Assembly: GCA_965222155.1 (NCBI GenBank)
Contig: CBDCTH010000012.1
Location: 1,696,001 to 1,760,000, forward strand
Length of the DNA: 64,000 bases
Reading direction: 5' to 3'
Source of the DNA: Gammaproteobacteria bacterium
GTDB taxonomy: Bacteria > Pseudomonadota > Gammaproteobacteria > Eutrophobiales > Eutrophobiaceae
Position 1 is the stretch's first letter; every line of letters starts with the position of its first letter. Under the pieces are notes generated by a model. The model saw only the letters and a program-made list of their open reading frames with translations, was not told the origin of the DNA and searched no databases. A program made the translations under genes and the position numbers. Of the stretch, positions 19,993 through 30,090 are shown piece by piece.

Positions 19993-21024
19993 ATGAATAA
20001 AGTACCGGTGAGCCTTCTGGCCGGTTTTCTCGGCGCCGGAAAAACGACCTTGCTGAACCATATCCTGAATGGGGAGCACGGCCGCCGTATCGGCGTGCTG
20101 GTCAACGATTTCGGTGAAATCAATATCGATGCACAACTCATTACGCGAGTGGAAGGAGAAACCATCAGTCTTTCCAATGGTTGCGTCTGTTGCAGTATCC
20201 GGGATGATCTCGTATCCGCCGTAGAACAACTTTTGCGAATGGACCCTGTTCCAGACATGATCGTCATTGAAACAAGCGGCGTATCTGATCCCAAGGCCGC
20301 CGCTATGGCTATCGTGATGTCAACCCGTCTCGCTACGGCAACACAACTGGATGCCATTATCACTGTCATCGACGCCAGTGAGGTACTGGAACTGGATGAG
20401 GTGAATGAAAAACTGGCCGAAGACCAGATCGCAGTTGCCGATATCGCCATCATCAACAAGACCGACCTGGTTCCAGCTGCAACTCAACGACAAGTTACCG
20501 GACGTATAAGGGATATAGCACCACAATCGCGTATTATCGAGGCAGTTCGCGCGGAAGTGCCCCTGGAATTGTTGCTCGGTTTGACGTTACACGCGGAACA
20601 ACCGGAATTCATGGACATTCACACAGGGGACGCCCTCGAACATGAACATCATCATGCAGACCATGCGCTTGCTTACTCCGGTTATTCCTGGCGGCACAGC
20701 AAACCATTGGCATTTGAAGCCATTTACCGAACCTTTCAGTCGCTGCCGGTGTCCGTATTTCGCAGCAAGGGCATTCTTTATCTCAACGAAGTGCCGGATA
20801 AACGGGTAATCCTGCAAATGACGGGTAAACGCGTAACCCTTGCCAAAGGTGAACGATGGAAAAATACAATACCCTCATCACAACTCGTTGCCATAGGCGC
20901 AAAAGACAATATGGATACGGACGATCTTGACAAGCGTTTCAAGACCTGTCTCAGTGACGTTGCAATTCCGTCCGGTAACCCGATGACGCAGGCAGTGATC
21001 GAAATACTCAGAAAAGGGGATTGA
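19993..21024 (+). CDS. COG0523/CobW-family metal chaperone GTPase
   Basis: GFLGAGKTT, GCVCC, ETSGV, NKTD, His-rich linker HEHHHADH. Confidence 0.92.
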   Translation: MNKVPVSLLAGFLGAGKTTLLNHILNGEHGRRIGVLVNDFGEINIDAQLITRVEGETISLSNGCVCCSIRDDLVSAVEQLLRMDPVPDMIVIETSGVSDPKAAAMAIVMSTRLATATQLDAIITVIDASEVLELDEVNEKLAEDQIAVADIAIINKTDLVPAATQRQVTGRIRDIAPQSRIIEAVRAEVPLELLLGLTLHAEQPEFMDIHTGDALEHEHHHADHALAYSGYSWRHSKPLAFEAIYRTFQSLPVSVFRSKGILYLNEVPDKRVILQMTGKRVTLAKGERWKNTIPSSQLVAIGAKDNMDTDDLDKRFKTCLSDVAIPSGNPMTQAVIEILRKGD

Positions 21025-21040
21025 AATCGGAGATTCTTGC

Positions 21041-22360
21041 TCAGGTAAAATATTCCTTCAGCTTCACATCAGCTAATCCCGGCACCCGTTTTCTTGCAAA
21101 ATTCTCTCGCATATCAAAGGGTTTGGTCGCATCGATTCCCAATCGACCCGTGTACACGCCGGCTGGGTCACGGAAAAAGCCGGGAACACCCGGAAGCATC
21201 ATAATGTCTTTATCTATGCGCCCCCGTGTCATTACTGCCCACCATACGTCTTCAAAGTTATGAATATCGACGTCTTCATCCACAACAATGCAGACCTTGT
21301 TATACTGGAGGTGGGAACTGAAAACCTTCATCATGACATGTTTTGCATGGCCCTCGTATTCCGGTTTGAGTTGGACGATGGTATGCATGGGATTCGGATA
21401 ACAACTCACATCCAGGATGCCGGATAATCCTGCCGAAATGTGTTTATAGACGCGGGTAGCGAACGAGACCTCCAGGGCACGCAAATCCTCCATATAGCCG
21501 CATAATAAACCGTGGAAGATGGCGCCCTCACGCCAGCTTACGTTAAGTACCTCGAACACATGATTATCTACCTGTTTGACATAGTACCCCTGAAACTCAC
21601 CAAAGGGGCCTTCCGGCGCACGCCGACCGGGAAGTATCCGGCCCTCGATCACGATCTCCGTCTCAGCCGGAACCTGCAGATCAATGTGACTGCACTGACG
21701 CATTGTGACAGGCCCTCCCATCAGGCGGGAGGCTATCGCCATCTCATCTTTTTCGATGGGAACCGATGCACAGGCTGCCATGAATACTTCCGGTGGCGGC
21801 CCAATCAATATCGCAACCTCTAGAGGTTGGCCTCTTGCTTCGGCTTTCTTCTGGTATTGGGTGATGTCATGAGGGGGCGCCAGTCGTACCCGTAATTCAT
21901 CGTCACTGACCATCATGCTGCGACAGAATGACAGGTTGGGCACGCCCGTGTCCGGTTCTTTTGCCAGGAATACGCCCGCAGTGATATAAGGGCCTGCATC
22001 ATGTTCAAAATAGGTAATATGGGGCAGATCGCTGATATTCCCCTCAACGCGATCTTCCTCCGCAGTGCCCGTGCTCGCGTAGTTGCTGCCTGACTCTGAT
22101 TCATCATTCACGAGAGTCTGCCAATGACGGCAAAAATTGCCTTTGGCCGTACCAATAATCTCACACAGCCTGGCGTGGCTTCCGAATATATTGGAGATGA
22201 CTTGTAACCGGGTCCCCTTCACGTTCCTGAACAGGACCGGATAATCACTTTCCCGTTGCGAAGTACCTACAACTGCGGCAAGTTCAAACCGGGGATCCAC
22301 CTCACGTTCTACAACGTGCAACTCGCCCCGATTCGAAAGTTTTTCAATATAGTCACGCAT
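21041..22360 (-). CDS. UbiD-family prFMN-dependent (de)carboxylase
   Basis: DAGPYIT, AETEIVIEG, EGPFGEFQGYY, VDEDVD...VWWA, GIDATKP. Confidence 0.92.
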   Translation of the reverse strand: MRDYIEKLSNRGELHVVEREVDPRFELAAVVGTSQRESDYPVLFRNVKGTRLQVISNIFGSHARLCEIIGTAKGNFCRHWQTLVNDESESGSNYASTGTAEEDRVEGNISDLPHITYFEHDAGPYITAGVFLAKEPDTGVPNLSFCRSMMVSDDELRVRLAPPHDITQYQKKAEARGQPLEVAILIGPPPEVFMAACASVPIEKDEMAIASRLMGGPVTMRQCSHIDLQVPAETEIVIEGRILPGRRAPEGPFGEFQGYYVKQVDNHVFEVLNVSWREGAIFHGLLCGYMEDLRALEVSFATRVYKHISAGLSGILDVSCYPNPMHTIVQLKPEYEGHAKHVMMKVFSSHLQYNKVCIVVDEDVDIHNFEDVWWAVMTRGRIDKDIMMLPGVPGFFRDPAGVYTGRLGIDATKPFDMRENFARKRVPGLADVKLKEYFT

Positions 22361-22514
22361 TTTGGCAAGCCCGCTCAGCTCCTGGTAAACATCACTGACT
22401 GTACAGGATTATTTACGAAATTATTGATATTAATCCCAATCTATGTGCATTATACCAAATGGACAAATCAAATTCTCGACAGCAACCGTCTACTTTGCCG
22501 GCAAACCCGTAACA

Positions 22515-23501
22515 ATGAAATTCGGTCGCCTGCCGGTTACAAGGGCGGAAGGGGGGATCCTCGCTCATTCCGTTAAATATCAGGGCATAAGCCTGAAGAA
22601 AGGCACTGTCTTATCCGCACAACATGTCCGCGCATTGGATCAGGCCGGCTGCGAGTCAGTAGTCATTGCACGGCTTGAGGTCACCGATCTGGACGAAAAT
22701 GAAACGGCGCGGCGCATTGCCTCTTTCATATCAGGGGAAAATCTGGGATTCCAACGTCCCAGGAGCGGAAGAAGTAATATTGTATCAGAAACCTTCGGAC
22801 TGCTGGTTTACGACCCGGAACACCTGGACAGGATCAATCTGGAGGATGAGGCGATCACGATAGCCGTCATGCCGCCTTATACAATTGTTGAAGCGGGTCA
22901 GGTGGTTGCAACCGTAAAAATCATCCCCTACAGTGTGGAAGAAAATACGCTGACACGTATTGAAAAAATGCGACCCTCTCGACCTGCATTGCTTCATGTT
23001 GCCGTATTTAACAGCCTTAATATCGGCTTTATACAAACGTTTTATCCGGGGATGAATCAAGCTATCCTGAACAAAACCCGGAGGACCCTAGACAGCAGAT
23101 TACAGCGTCTGGGTAATAAAGTGTCGTCGGAACAACGCTGTGAGCATGAAGAAGGCGCCATTGCCGGCGCGTTTGAGGAACTGTTGGGAAGTGATTACCA
23201 GATGATTTTAATTGCCGGCGCCAGCGCAACGGCGGATCGTCGCGATGTCATCCCCCTTGCCATCGAAGCTGCCGGCGGCAGGATCACACACCTGGGTATG
23301 CCGGTCGAACCGGGTAACTTACTGGTGTTGGGAGAATTTGCTGCCGACCTTCCGGTGATATGCATGCCGGGCTGCGCACGCTCGCCCGCCGTCAACGGAT
23401 TTGACTGGGTGCTGGAACGCCTGTTAGCGGGTATCCCCGTCAAGCGCACTGATATCATGCGCATGGGTGTGGGTGGTTATATCAAAGGAAGCTCTCTATA
23501 A
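22515..23501 (+). CDS. Molybdopterin-binding (MoeA-like) cox-cluster accessory protein
   Basis: MKFG.LPV..AEGGILAHS, GMPVEPGNLL, PGCARSP..NGFDWVL. Confidence 0.85.
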   Translation: MKFGRLPVTRAEGGILAHSVKYQGISLKKGTVLSAQHVRALDQAGCESVVIARLEVTDLDENETARRIASFISGENLGFQRPRSGRSNIVSETFGLLVYDPEHLDRINLEDEAITIAVMPPYTIVEAGQVVATVKIIPYSVEENTLTRIEKMRPSRPALLHVAVFNSLNIGFIQTFYPGMNQAILNKTRRTLDSRLQRLGNKVSSEQRCEHEEGAIAGAFEELLGSDYQMILIAGASATADRRDVIPLAIEAAGGRITHLGMPVEPGNLLVLGEFAADLPVICMPGCARSPAVNGFDWVLERLLAGIPVKRTDIMRMGVGGYIKGSSL

Positions 23502-23565
23502 TCCCGGACTGACCGTCATACCATTAAACACAAGACAACCGGTCCAATATTAAAGGTTCAAGCAA

Positions 23566-24489
23566 ATGTTTCATTCAATCGAAGAGATAGAGCAAAAATT
23601 TGCAAGGCAAGGCTATATCACCGACCGTCACCTGGCTACCACAATCTACCTGGCCACTACCCTGGGCAAACCGCTTTACCTGGAGGGGGAACCGGGCGTC
23701 GGCAAGACCGAGGTAGCCAAAGTCCTGGCGAAAAGCCTGGACACCGATTTAATCCGGCTACAGTGTTACGAAGGGCTGGATACCAACCTGGCGTTATATG
23801 AGTGGAATTACCTCAGGCAAATGCTCGAAGTCCGACTCCAGGAAGCCCGCGGCGTTGACAAAGACAGGATCGGAAGCAATATCTTCGATGAACAATTCCT
23901 GTTGAAAAGACCGCTGCTCCAGGCCATCCAGCCTTCCGGCAAACGTCCCGTTTTGCTTATTGACGAAATTGACCGATCGGATGACGAGTTTGAAGCGTTC
24001 CTGCTGGAAGTGCTGTCGGATTTTCAGATCACTATCCCCGAAGTGGGCACCATCAAGGCGGAACAGCCCCCGGTGGTGGTATTGACTTCTAACCGGACCA
24101 GGGAGATGCACGACGCACTCAAACGCCGTTGCCTGTATCACTGGATTGATTACCCTACCCTGGAAAAAGAACTCAACATCGTCTTGGCAAAAGTGCCGAA
24201 TATCAAGGAAACGCTGTCAGCCCAGGTGTGCAAATTCATGGAACTGTTACGCCAGGAGGATTTCTACAAGCGGCCCGGTATAGCCGAGACCCTTGACTGG
24301 GCCAATGCTTTGCTGTCATTGGGTATCGATGAACTGGACCAGGAAGTTATTGAAACCACCCTGAGTTGCATACTGAAATATCGTCAGGACCAGGAAAAAC
24401 TCACGGGAGATAACCTGCAAAAGGCCCTGGCTGTCACCAGGAATTTCAAAGGCGGCCCGACGGTCAGCGCGCAAGGCAGCATCAACTGA
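23566..24489 (+). CDS. coxD: MoxR-family AAA+ ATPase (CoxD-like)
   Basis: GEPGVGKT, RLQCYEGLD, LLIDEIDR, HDALKRRC. Confidence 0.9.
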   Translation: MFHSIEEIEQKFARQGYITDRHLATTIYLATTLGKPLYLEGEPGVGKTEVAKVLAKSLDTDLIRLQCYEGLDTNLALYEWNYLRQMLEVRLQEARGVDKDRIGSNIFDEQFLLKRPLLQAIQPSGKRPVLLIDEIDRSDDEFEAFLLEVLSDFQITIPEVGTIKAEQPPVVVLTSNRTREMHDALKRRCLYHWIDYPTLEKELNIVLAKVPNIKETLSAQVCKFMELLRQEDFYKRPGIAETLDWANALLSLGIDELDQEVIETTLSCILKYRQDQEKLTGDNLQKALAVTRNFKGGPTVSAQGSIN

Positions 24490-24554
24490 GGGTTATTTAG
24501 CCACGCCTGCCAGTGCCGGTATTTTTACTCTGACCCCAAATAACCAAGCGGGAC

Positions 24555-25709
24555 ATGAACCAGGAATCACTACCGTTTATCACCCACCTTATCCGGTTCG
24601 GCAGAACACTGCATGACGCGGGGATAGACGTCAACCCGGCCAACCTGATCGATTTAGGGCGGAGTCTTTTGTATATCGACATTGCCAACTACGAAGATTT
24701 TTATGCCGCGGCCATGGCGACCTTGATTATCAACAGAGAGGATATGGACCTGTTTACCCGCCTGTTCCGCGAGTTCTGGAAAAGCCGGGATATCACGCCC
24801 CCGGACGAACAGCCGGACACTGAAGAAAAAAGCGGCAATGGCGACGGCCAATCCCAGGAGATTCACCGGCAACTGCAACAGGCAGACGGTGACGCACCGG
24901 AGAATGCAGAGGAGGAAGACGCGGAACCCGAAACGACCGGTTATTCGAGCCATGAACTGCTGGCGAAGAAAGACATAGACGCCATGAGCGAGGCGGAACT
25001 GGAACAGGCCCGTAAAATCATTGCCGCATTGATCGCCATCCTGGCCAACCGCAAGAGCCGGCGCTTCAGCCCGGCGAAATCCGGCCGCCAACTGGACTTC
25101 AGGAAAATCTTCCGGCGCAGTATGCCTTACGGAGAGTACTGCCTGAGACTGGCCTATAAAACCCACAAGCTGAAAAAGAACAAGCTCATCCTGTTCTGTG
25201 ACGTGAGTGGATCCATGGAGCGTTACAGCCAGTTCCTGATACAACTGATATGCGCCATGGGCGCCAGGATCTCCAACATCGAAGTGGCCGTGTTCTCAAC
25301 CCGCATGACCAGTATTACGCCTTACCTGAACCGCAAGGATATCGACGAGGTGATAAAGCAGATGTCGACGCAGGTGCATGACTGGGCCGGAGGGACCAAT
25401 ATCGGCGGCTGCCTGCGTGAATTAAATGAACAACAGTCCCACCAGATGCTGAGTTCCCATACCGTTGCCGTCATCCTGAGCGACGGCTGGGACCAGGGTG
25501 ACGCCGATCTGATGCGCACTGAGATGGAACAACTGCGACGGCGCGTCAACAAGATCATCTGGTTGAATCCGTTGTTGGGCAATACCAACTACCAGCCACT
25601 GTGTAAAGGGATGCAAACCGCCCTGCCCTTTCTTGATTACTTTCTTCCCGTGCACAACCTGGAGAGCCTGGCCGAGGTCACGAAGCTCCTGCGTACACTC
25701 TGGCATTGA
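24555..25709 (+). CDS. coxE: VWA-domain CoxE-like protein
   Basis: DVSGSM MIDAS, GGTNIG, LSDGWD, WLNPL. Confidence 0.9.
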   Translation: MNQESLPFITHLIRFGRTLHDAGIDVNPANLIDLGRSLLYIDIANYEDFYAAAMATLIINREDMDLFTRLFREFWKSRDITPPDEQPDTEEKSGNGDGQSQEIHRQLQQADGDAPENAEEEDAEPETTGYSSHELLAKKDIDAMSEAELEQARKIIAALIAILANRKSRRFSPAKSGRQLDFRKIFRRSMPYGEYCLRLAYKTHKLKKNKLILFCDVSGSMERYSQFLIQLICAMGARISNIEVAVFSTRMTSITPYLNRKDIDEVIKQMSTQVHDWAGGTNIGGCLRELNEQQSHQMLSSHTVAVILSDGWDQGDADLMRTEMEQLRRRVNKIIWLNPLLGNTNYQPLCKGMQTALPFLDYFLPVHNLESLAEVTKLLRTLWH

Positions 25710-25762
25710 TCCGTCATGCCGGCGAATCAGGCTGTGTGAAAACACTGTGTAATATTACATCC

Positions 25763-27037
25763 ATGAAATTATTTAAAATTTCATTGATCATTATTACGGT
25801 TTTCTCGTCTCAACCGGTTATTTCTGATGCCACTGACAATGGAAAACTCCATTTTTCCGTACGTTATCGATATGAACATGTAAACGATGACCGGTTGTCA
25901 GGAGCAGCCGCCTCACTCAAGAATGCAAATGCCTCAACATTCAGGACATTTCTAGGATATGAAACCGGAGACTTCCATGGTTTCTCGGCGACTCTTGATC
26001 TGGAAAATGTGACTGAAGTTGGGAGTGACGATTTTAATGATGGGTCCAATGGAAAGACTGAATTTGCTACTGTCGTAGATCCATCGGGGACAGAAGTCGA
26101 CCAGGCTTTTCTCAATTATTCGGGCATAGCAAGCACTAAACTTAAACTGGGCAGACAATACATTACTTACAGGAAAGCACCATTTCACCGCTATATAGGA
26201 ACCATACTCTGGCGCCAGAACTGGCAAACCTTTGATGCTTTCACAATTGATAATCAAACATATCCTGATGTCCGGATAAATTATGCCTATGTATGGAATA
26301 TCAATCGTATCTTCGGCAGGGACGCACCTGAACCGTTGAGCAATTTTGACAGTGATTCTCACCTGATAAATATTCAATATGGCGGGTTACCGCTGGGGAA
26401 TCTCGAAGGATACGGCTACCTCCTGGACTTTGCTAATACCACCGGTTTCTCCACCCAGACATACGGTGTACGGCTGCATGGAAATAGAAAGCCGGCAGAG
26501 AACATTACTGTACTTTATACGGCCGAATATGCCACACAGTCCGATTATGCGGAAAATACATCGGACATTGATGCGGATTATCTTCTGGGTGAAATCGGCG
26601 CCAGTTGTCAACTCAACGAATTCATCGACAGTGTCACCCTGAAATTCAGTTACGAACGGTTAAGCGGTAAAGGCGGCGCCGACAGGTTCGTAACGATCTT
26701 GGGAACCAACCATGCTTTCCAGGGTTGGAATGACAGGTTTTTGCTGACTCCGGGAGACGGGATTGAAGATTTTAACTTTACTGCCGTTATGAATATAAAA
26801 GGAGCGAACCTGATTGCCGCATACCATGATATCGGATCCGATAACATGCGCTACGATTATGGACGTGAATTCAATCTCCTCTTGAGTAAAACGTTCAGGA
26901 AACATTACACACTGGGATTGAAATATGCTTCCTATGAGGCCGATAAAAATACAAGCAATATAAGCCGGAACGGTGTCAATGCAGGAACCGCAACCGACGT
27001 TGACAAGTTCTGGATCTGGGCCCAGTACGTATATTGA
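25763..27037 (+). CDS. Outer-membrane beta-barrel, alginate export family-like
   Basis: Signal peptide, RYRYEHV, LGRQ, WRQNWQTFD, GTNHAFQGW, C-terminal aromatic residue. Confidence 0.8.
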   Translation: MKLFKISLIIITVFSSQPVISDATDNGKLHFSVRYRYEHVNDDRLSGAAASLKNANASTFRTFLGYETGDFHGFSATLDLENVTEVGSDDFNDGSNGKTEFATVVDPSGTEVDQAFLNYSGIASTKLKLGRQYITYRKAPFHRYIGTILWRQNWQTFDAFTIDNQTYPDVRINYAYVWNINRIFGRDAPEPLSNFDSDSHLINIQYGGLPLGNLEGYGYLLDFANTTGFSTQTYGVRLHGNRKPAENITVLYTAEYATQSDYAENTSDIDADYLLGEIGASCQLNEFIDSVTLKFSYERLSGKGGADRFVTILGTNHAFQGWNDRFLLTPGDGIEDFNFTAVMNIKGANLIAAYHDIGSDNMRYDYGREFNLLLSKTFRKHYTLGLKYASYEADKNTSNISRNGVNAGTATDVDKFWIWAQYVY

Positions 27038-27058
27038 ACTGGGGAAGCTCCGACCTGA

Positions 27059-29449
27059 TCAGTGGTTCCCCGGACCCAGACATTCCAGTACGACATCTTC
27101 AGGCGGCAGACAAATCTCATCGTCACAGGCCTGCAACCGTATTTTGATGTCTATCCTCCGGTCACTGTAATCTTCCATATCCGGCGCGGGACTCAATGTT
27201 AAGGCTATATCAATACTGTCATCATAAAGAGCGAGTTTATCGTCTTCAAAAGACAACTTTTTAAGCCGGGGGCGGGGATAGAAAATTTTTGTCAATTCCC
27301 ATTGGCTGCGTTTTCCCGCGATTTTTATGTCCAGCGGAATGAGGTTTTCATGTCCGGGTTTGTAAGCACTAACATGCCACCCGGGTGAGATATCAAGATT
27401 GAGTTTAATATTGTGGTTATGATCCATATCCCGTGCCGTTAACTTTACCTCTCCGCGAGCCGCATATTCTGAAGCGCCTGCAGTATTGTTTAACAATTCA
27501 TCGACGCCAACCATAAAATAAGGATAGGTTCCGGGGTGTTCGTCCATGACCGTGGAAAAGGACTGAATTAATTGAACAGCAAGATTTTCATAATCCCAAT
27601 CCTTGACACGGCTTGACAGGCTCACCAGGACATGCAGTGCCGCGGAATTTCCGGAAGGAATATCACTGTCGCGTAATTGTTTCGGCACGACAAAAAGTGT
27701 GTCCTTGTCTTCACTCATATAAAAGCCGCCGGTGTCGGTATCCCAGAATTTGTCAATCATGGTCCTGGTTAATTCCACGGCGCGCTGCAGCCATAGCCGT
27801 TCTCCGGTGGCATCATAAAGCGCAATCAATCCGCCGGCGAAATAAGCATAGTCATCCTGCGTTGCTATACTGGAGGGTCGGCCGTCATAATTGACACGCA
27901 ACAAAGTACCGTCATTCATTCGCTGGTGTTTCCAGAGAAACTCGGCAGTTTCTATAGCGGCTTCCAGATATTCCCCGCGCTTCAGTATTTGCGCCGACAT
28001 CGCCAACACCGTGATCACCATGCCGTTCCAGGCCACCAGGATTTTTTTATCCACCAGTGGTGGCGGGCGTTTCACTCTTTCCTGGCGAAGTCTTTCCCGA
28101 ATGCCGTCCAGTCTTGAGATTAAATCCTGCTCATTGATATTCATAGTTTTTGCTACTTCAGACAATTCGTCGGCCAGATACAAAATATTTCTCCCATTGA
28201 AGTTGCCTTTTTCCGTAAGGCCAAAAACCGCTTGCGCCAGCACTGCATCTTCGCCCGGGAGAGAATTTTTAACTTCATCAATGGTCCACGTGTAAAAGCG
28301 ACCTTCTTCTCCCGCGCTTTCCGCGTCGCTTGCCGAATAAAAGCCGCCTGCGGGAGACGCCATATCGCGTAAAATATAATTCATTGTCTGCTCCGCGATA
28401 CGCGCAAAAAACCCGTTGCCGGTATACTGATAAGCGGTCAGGTAAACCCTGGCCATACTGGCTTGGTGGTACAGCATTTTTTCAAAATGCGGCAGCAACC
28501 AGTATGCGTCAGTAGAATAGCGATGAAACCCGCCGGCTATCTGGTCATACAATCCGCCACGAGCCATCATCGTCAGGGTATGTTCCATAGCGTCTATGGT
28601 TTCCGTATCGATGTTCCGGTAACTGTGTTGCAGCAATAACATCAGGGAAGATTCATGGGTAAACTTGGGCGCGCTGCCAAAGCCTCCCCACTGTTTATCG
28701 TAGTGCGATAAAATATCGGAAACGGCATTTTGCACAAGTTCGGGGCCGATAACCGCTACTCTACTCTGAGCCTGAACGGAATTCTCGACAGCATCGGCTA
28801 TCTTTGCCGCCAACAGGCTCAAATCATCCTGCTGTGCCTCCCACATGTCCCTGATCTGCTTGAGTATTTCCAGGAACTCTTGCGGCGGATAATAGGTGCC
28901 GGAATAAAACGGTTTCCCATCGTACGTCAAGAAACTCGACAGGGGCCAACCGCCTTGCCCTTTCGTCAACATCAGTGCAGACATATATATTTCATCGATA
29001 TCGGGCCGCCTTTCCCGGTCCACTTTGACGGGGATAAAATGTTTGTTCAGATAGCGGGCAATTTCAATATTTTCAAAACTTTCTCTTTCCATGACGTGAC
29101 ACCAGTGGCATGTGGAATAACCAATTGACAAAAACACGGGTTTGTTTTCTTTTTTGGCCTGTTTAAACGCTTCAGTTCCCCATGCATACCAGTTCACCGG
29201 GTTATGCGCATGTTGTAACAGATAGGGCGAGTCCTCCAGGATTAATCGGTTCGTAAACATTGGCTGACCATCTTTATCCAGATGTCTGGTCCTGGGCAGG
29301 TAGTCCTCGCCTTTATTTATGAGTGCGTGTTTCAGATCTGATTGCAGTTGTGTGGATGTAACTGTATTTCCAGGCAAATTGTCAGCCGTCACTACATGGC
29401 TCAGACAAACTGCCAGCACATAGATTATTAATCGATAAACGCCACTCAC
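27059..29449 (-). CDS. Thioredoxin-domain YyaL/SPATA20 (DUF255) protein with signal peptide and C-terminal DsbD-N-like domain
   Basis: [40 protein letters not shown]; C-terminal GWH...[11 protein letters not shown]. Confidence 0.88.
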   Translation of the reverse strand: MSGVYRLIIYVLAVCLSHVVTADNLPGNTVTSTQLQSDLKHALINKGEDYLPRTRHLDKDGQPMFTNRLILEDSPYLLQHAHNPVNWYAWGTEAFKQAKKENKPVFLSIGYSTCHWCHVMERESFENIEIARYLNKHFIPVKVDRERRPDIDEIYMSALMLTKGQGGWPLSSFLTYDGKPFYSGTYYPPQEFLEILKQIRDMWEAQQDDLSLLAAKIADAVENSVQAQSRVAVIGPELVQNAVSDILSHYDKQWGGFGSAPKFTHESSLMLLLQHSYRNIDTETIDAMEHTLTMMARGGLYDQIAGGFHRYSTDAYWLLPHFEKMLYHQASMARVYLTAYQYTGNGFFARIAEQTMNYILRDMASPAGGFYSASDAESAGEEGRFYTWTIDEVKNSLPGEDAVLAQAVFGLTEKGNFNGRNILYLADELSEVAKTMNINEQDLISRLDGIRERLRQERVKRPPPLVDKKILVAWNGMVITVLAMSAQILKRGEYLEAAIETAEFLWKHQRMNDGTLLRVNYDGRPSSIATQDDYAYFAGGLIALYDATGERLWLQRAVELTRTMIDKFWDTDTGGFYMSEDKDTLFVVPKQLRDSDIPSGNSAALHVLVSLSSRVKDWDYENLAVQLIQSFSTVMDEHPGTYPYFMVGVDELLNNTAGASEYAARGEVKLTARDMDHNHNIKLNLDISPGWHVSAYKPGHENLIPLDIKIAGKRSQWELTKIFYPRPRLKKLSFEDDKLALYDDSIDIALTLSPAPDMEDYSDRRIDIKIRLQACDDEICLPPEDVVLECLGPGNH

Positions 29450-29482
29450 ACTAAGTAATCAGTTGGTCTGTATCCTCTGCGG

Positions 29483-30085
29483 CTAAGGATTGTCAGATGT
29501 TATAGCCTGGGATTCGGGATAAAGTGAAGCGATATTCACTGCCTTCGGTTCAACAATACACACTTCTCTGCACAAGCCACAGCCTGTACAGAGTTCAGGA
29601 TTGATACTGGGCTTTTCCATATCCCAGGTCATCGCCCCGGCGACAGGGCAGGCCGATTTGCAGACGCCACACTCCGGCCCCAGGTAAGGCAAACAGCTTG
29701 ACGTATCGATCTCTGCATACGCGAGTTTTGGTAATGGTAGCCCGGCATCTTCATCGGGGACAGGAAGCTGGAGTGCTTTTGGTTCACAGGCATTGACACA
29801 AGGCCAGTCATCACAGAGATGGCAACCCTTATTCAGTATATCCAGCGCAGGCGTACCCACAACCTGTGCGCCAAGTCTCGCCGGTAATTTAAAGATGACA
29901 TCATGCGGACAAACCTCAATACACTTATCACATCTGGTGCAGGCAAGCAGGAATTCCAACTCAGCACGGGCAAAAGGAGGCCGAATCCAGTGCCTGGCGC
30001 GTTGCGCAACGGTTTCGTCTGCAAGCTGAACAGCCAGTTTTGCAGCTTTTTGTAGGCCTGTTCTAAAAAAATCACGCCTGTCCAT
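29483..30085 (-). CDS. NapG/MauM-like 4Fe-4S polyferredoxin
   Basis: MDRRDFF, IRPP, CTRCDKCIEVCP, CHLCDDWPCVNAC, CTGCGLCREVC. Confidence 0.85.
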   Translation of the reverse strand: MDRRDFFRTGLQKAAKLAVQLADETVAQRARHWIRPPFARAELEFLLACTRCDKCIEVCPHDVIFKLPARLGAQVVGTPALDILNKGCHLCDDWPCVNACEPKALQLPVPDEDAGLPLPKLAYAEIDTSSCLPYLGPECGVCKSACPVAGAMTWDMEKPSINPELCTGCGLCREVCIVEPKAVNIASLYPESQAITSDNP

Positions 30086-30090
30086 TACAT

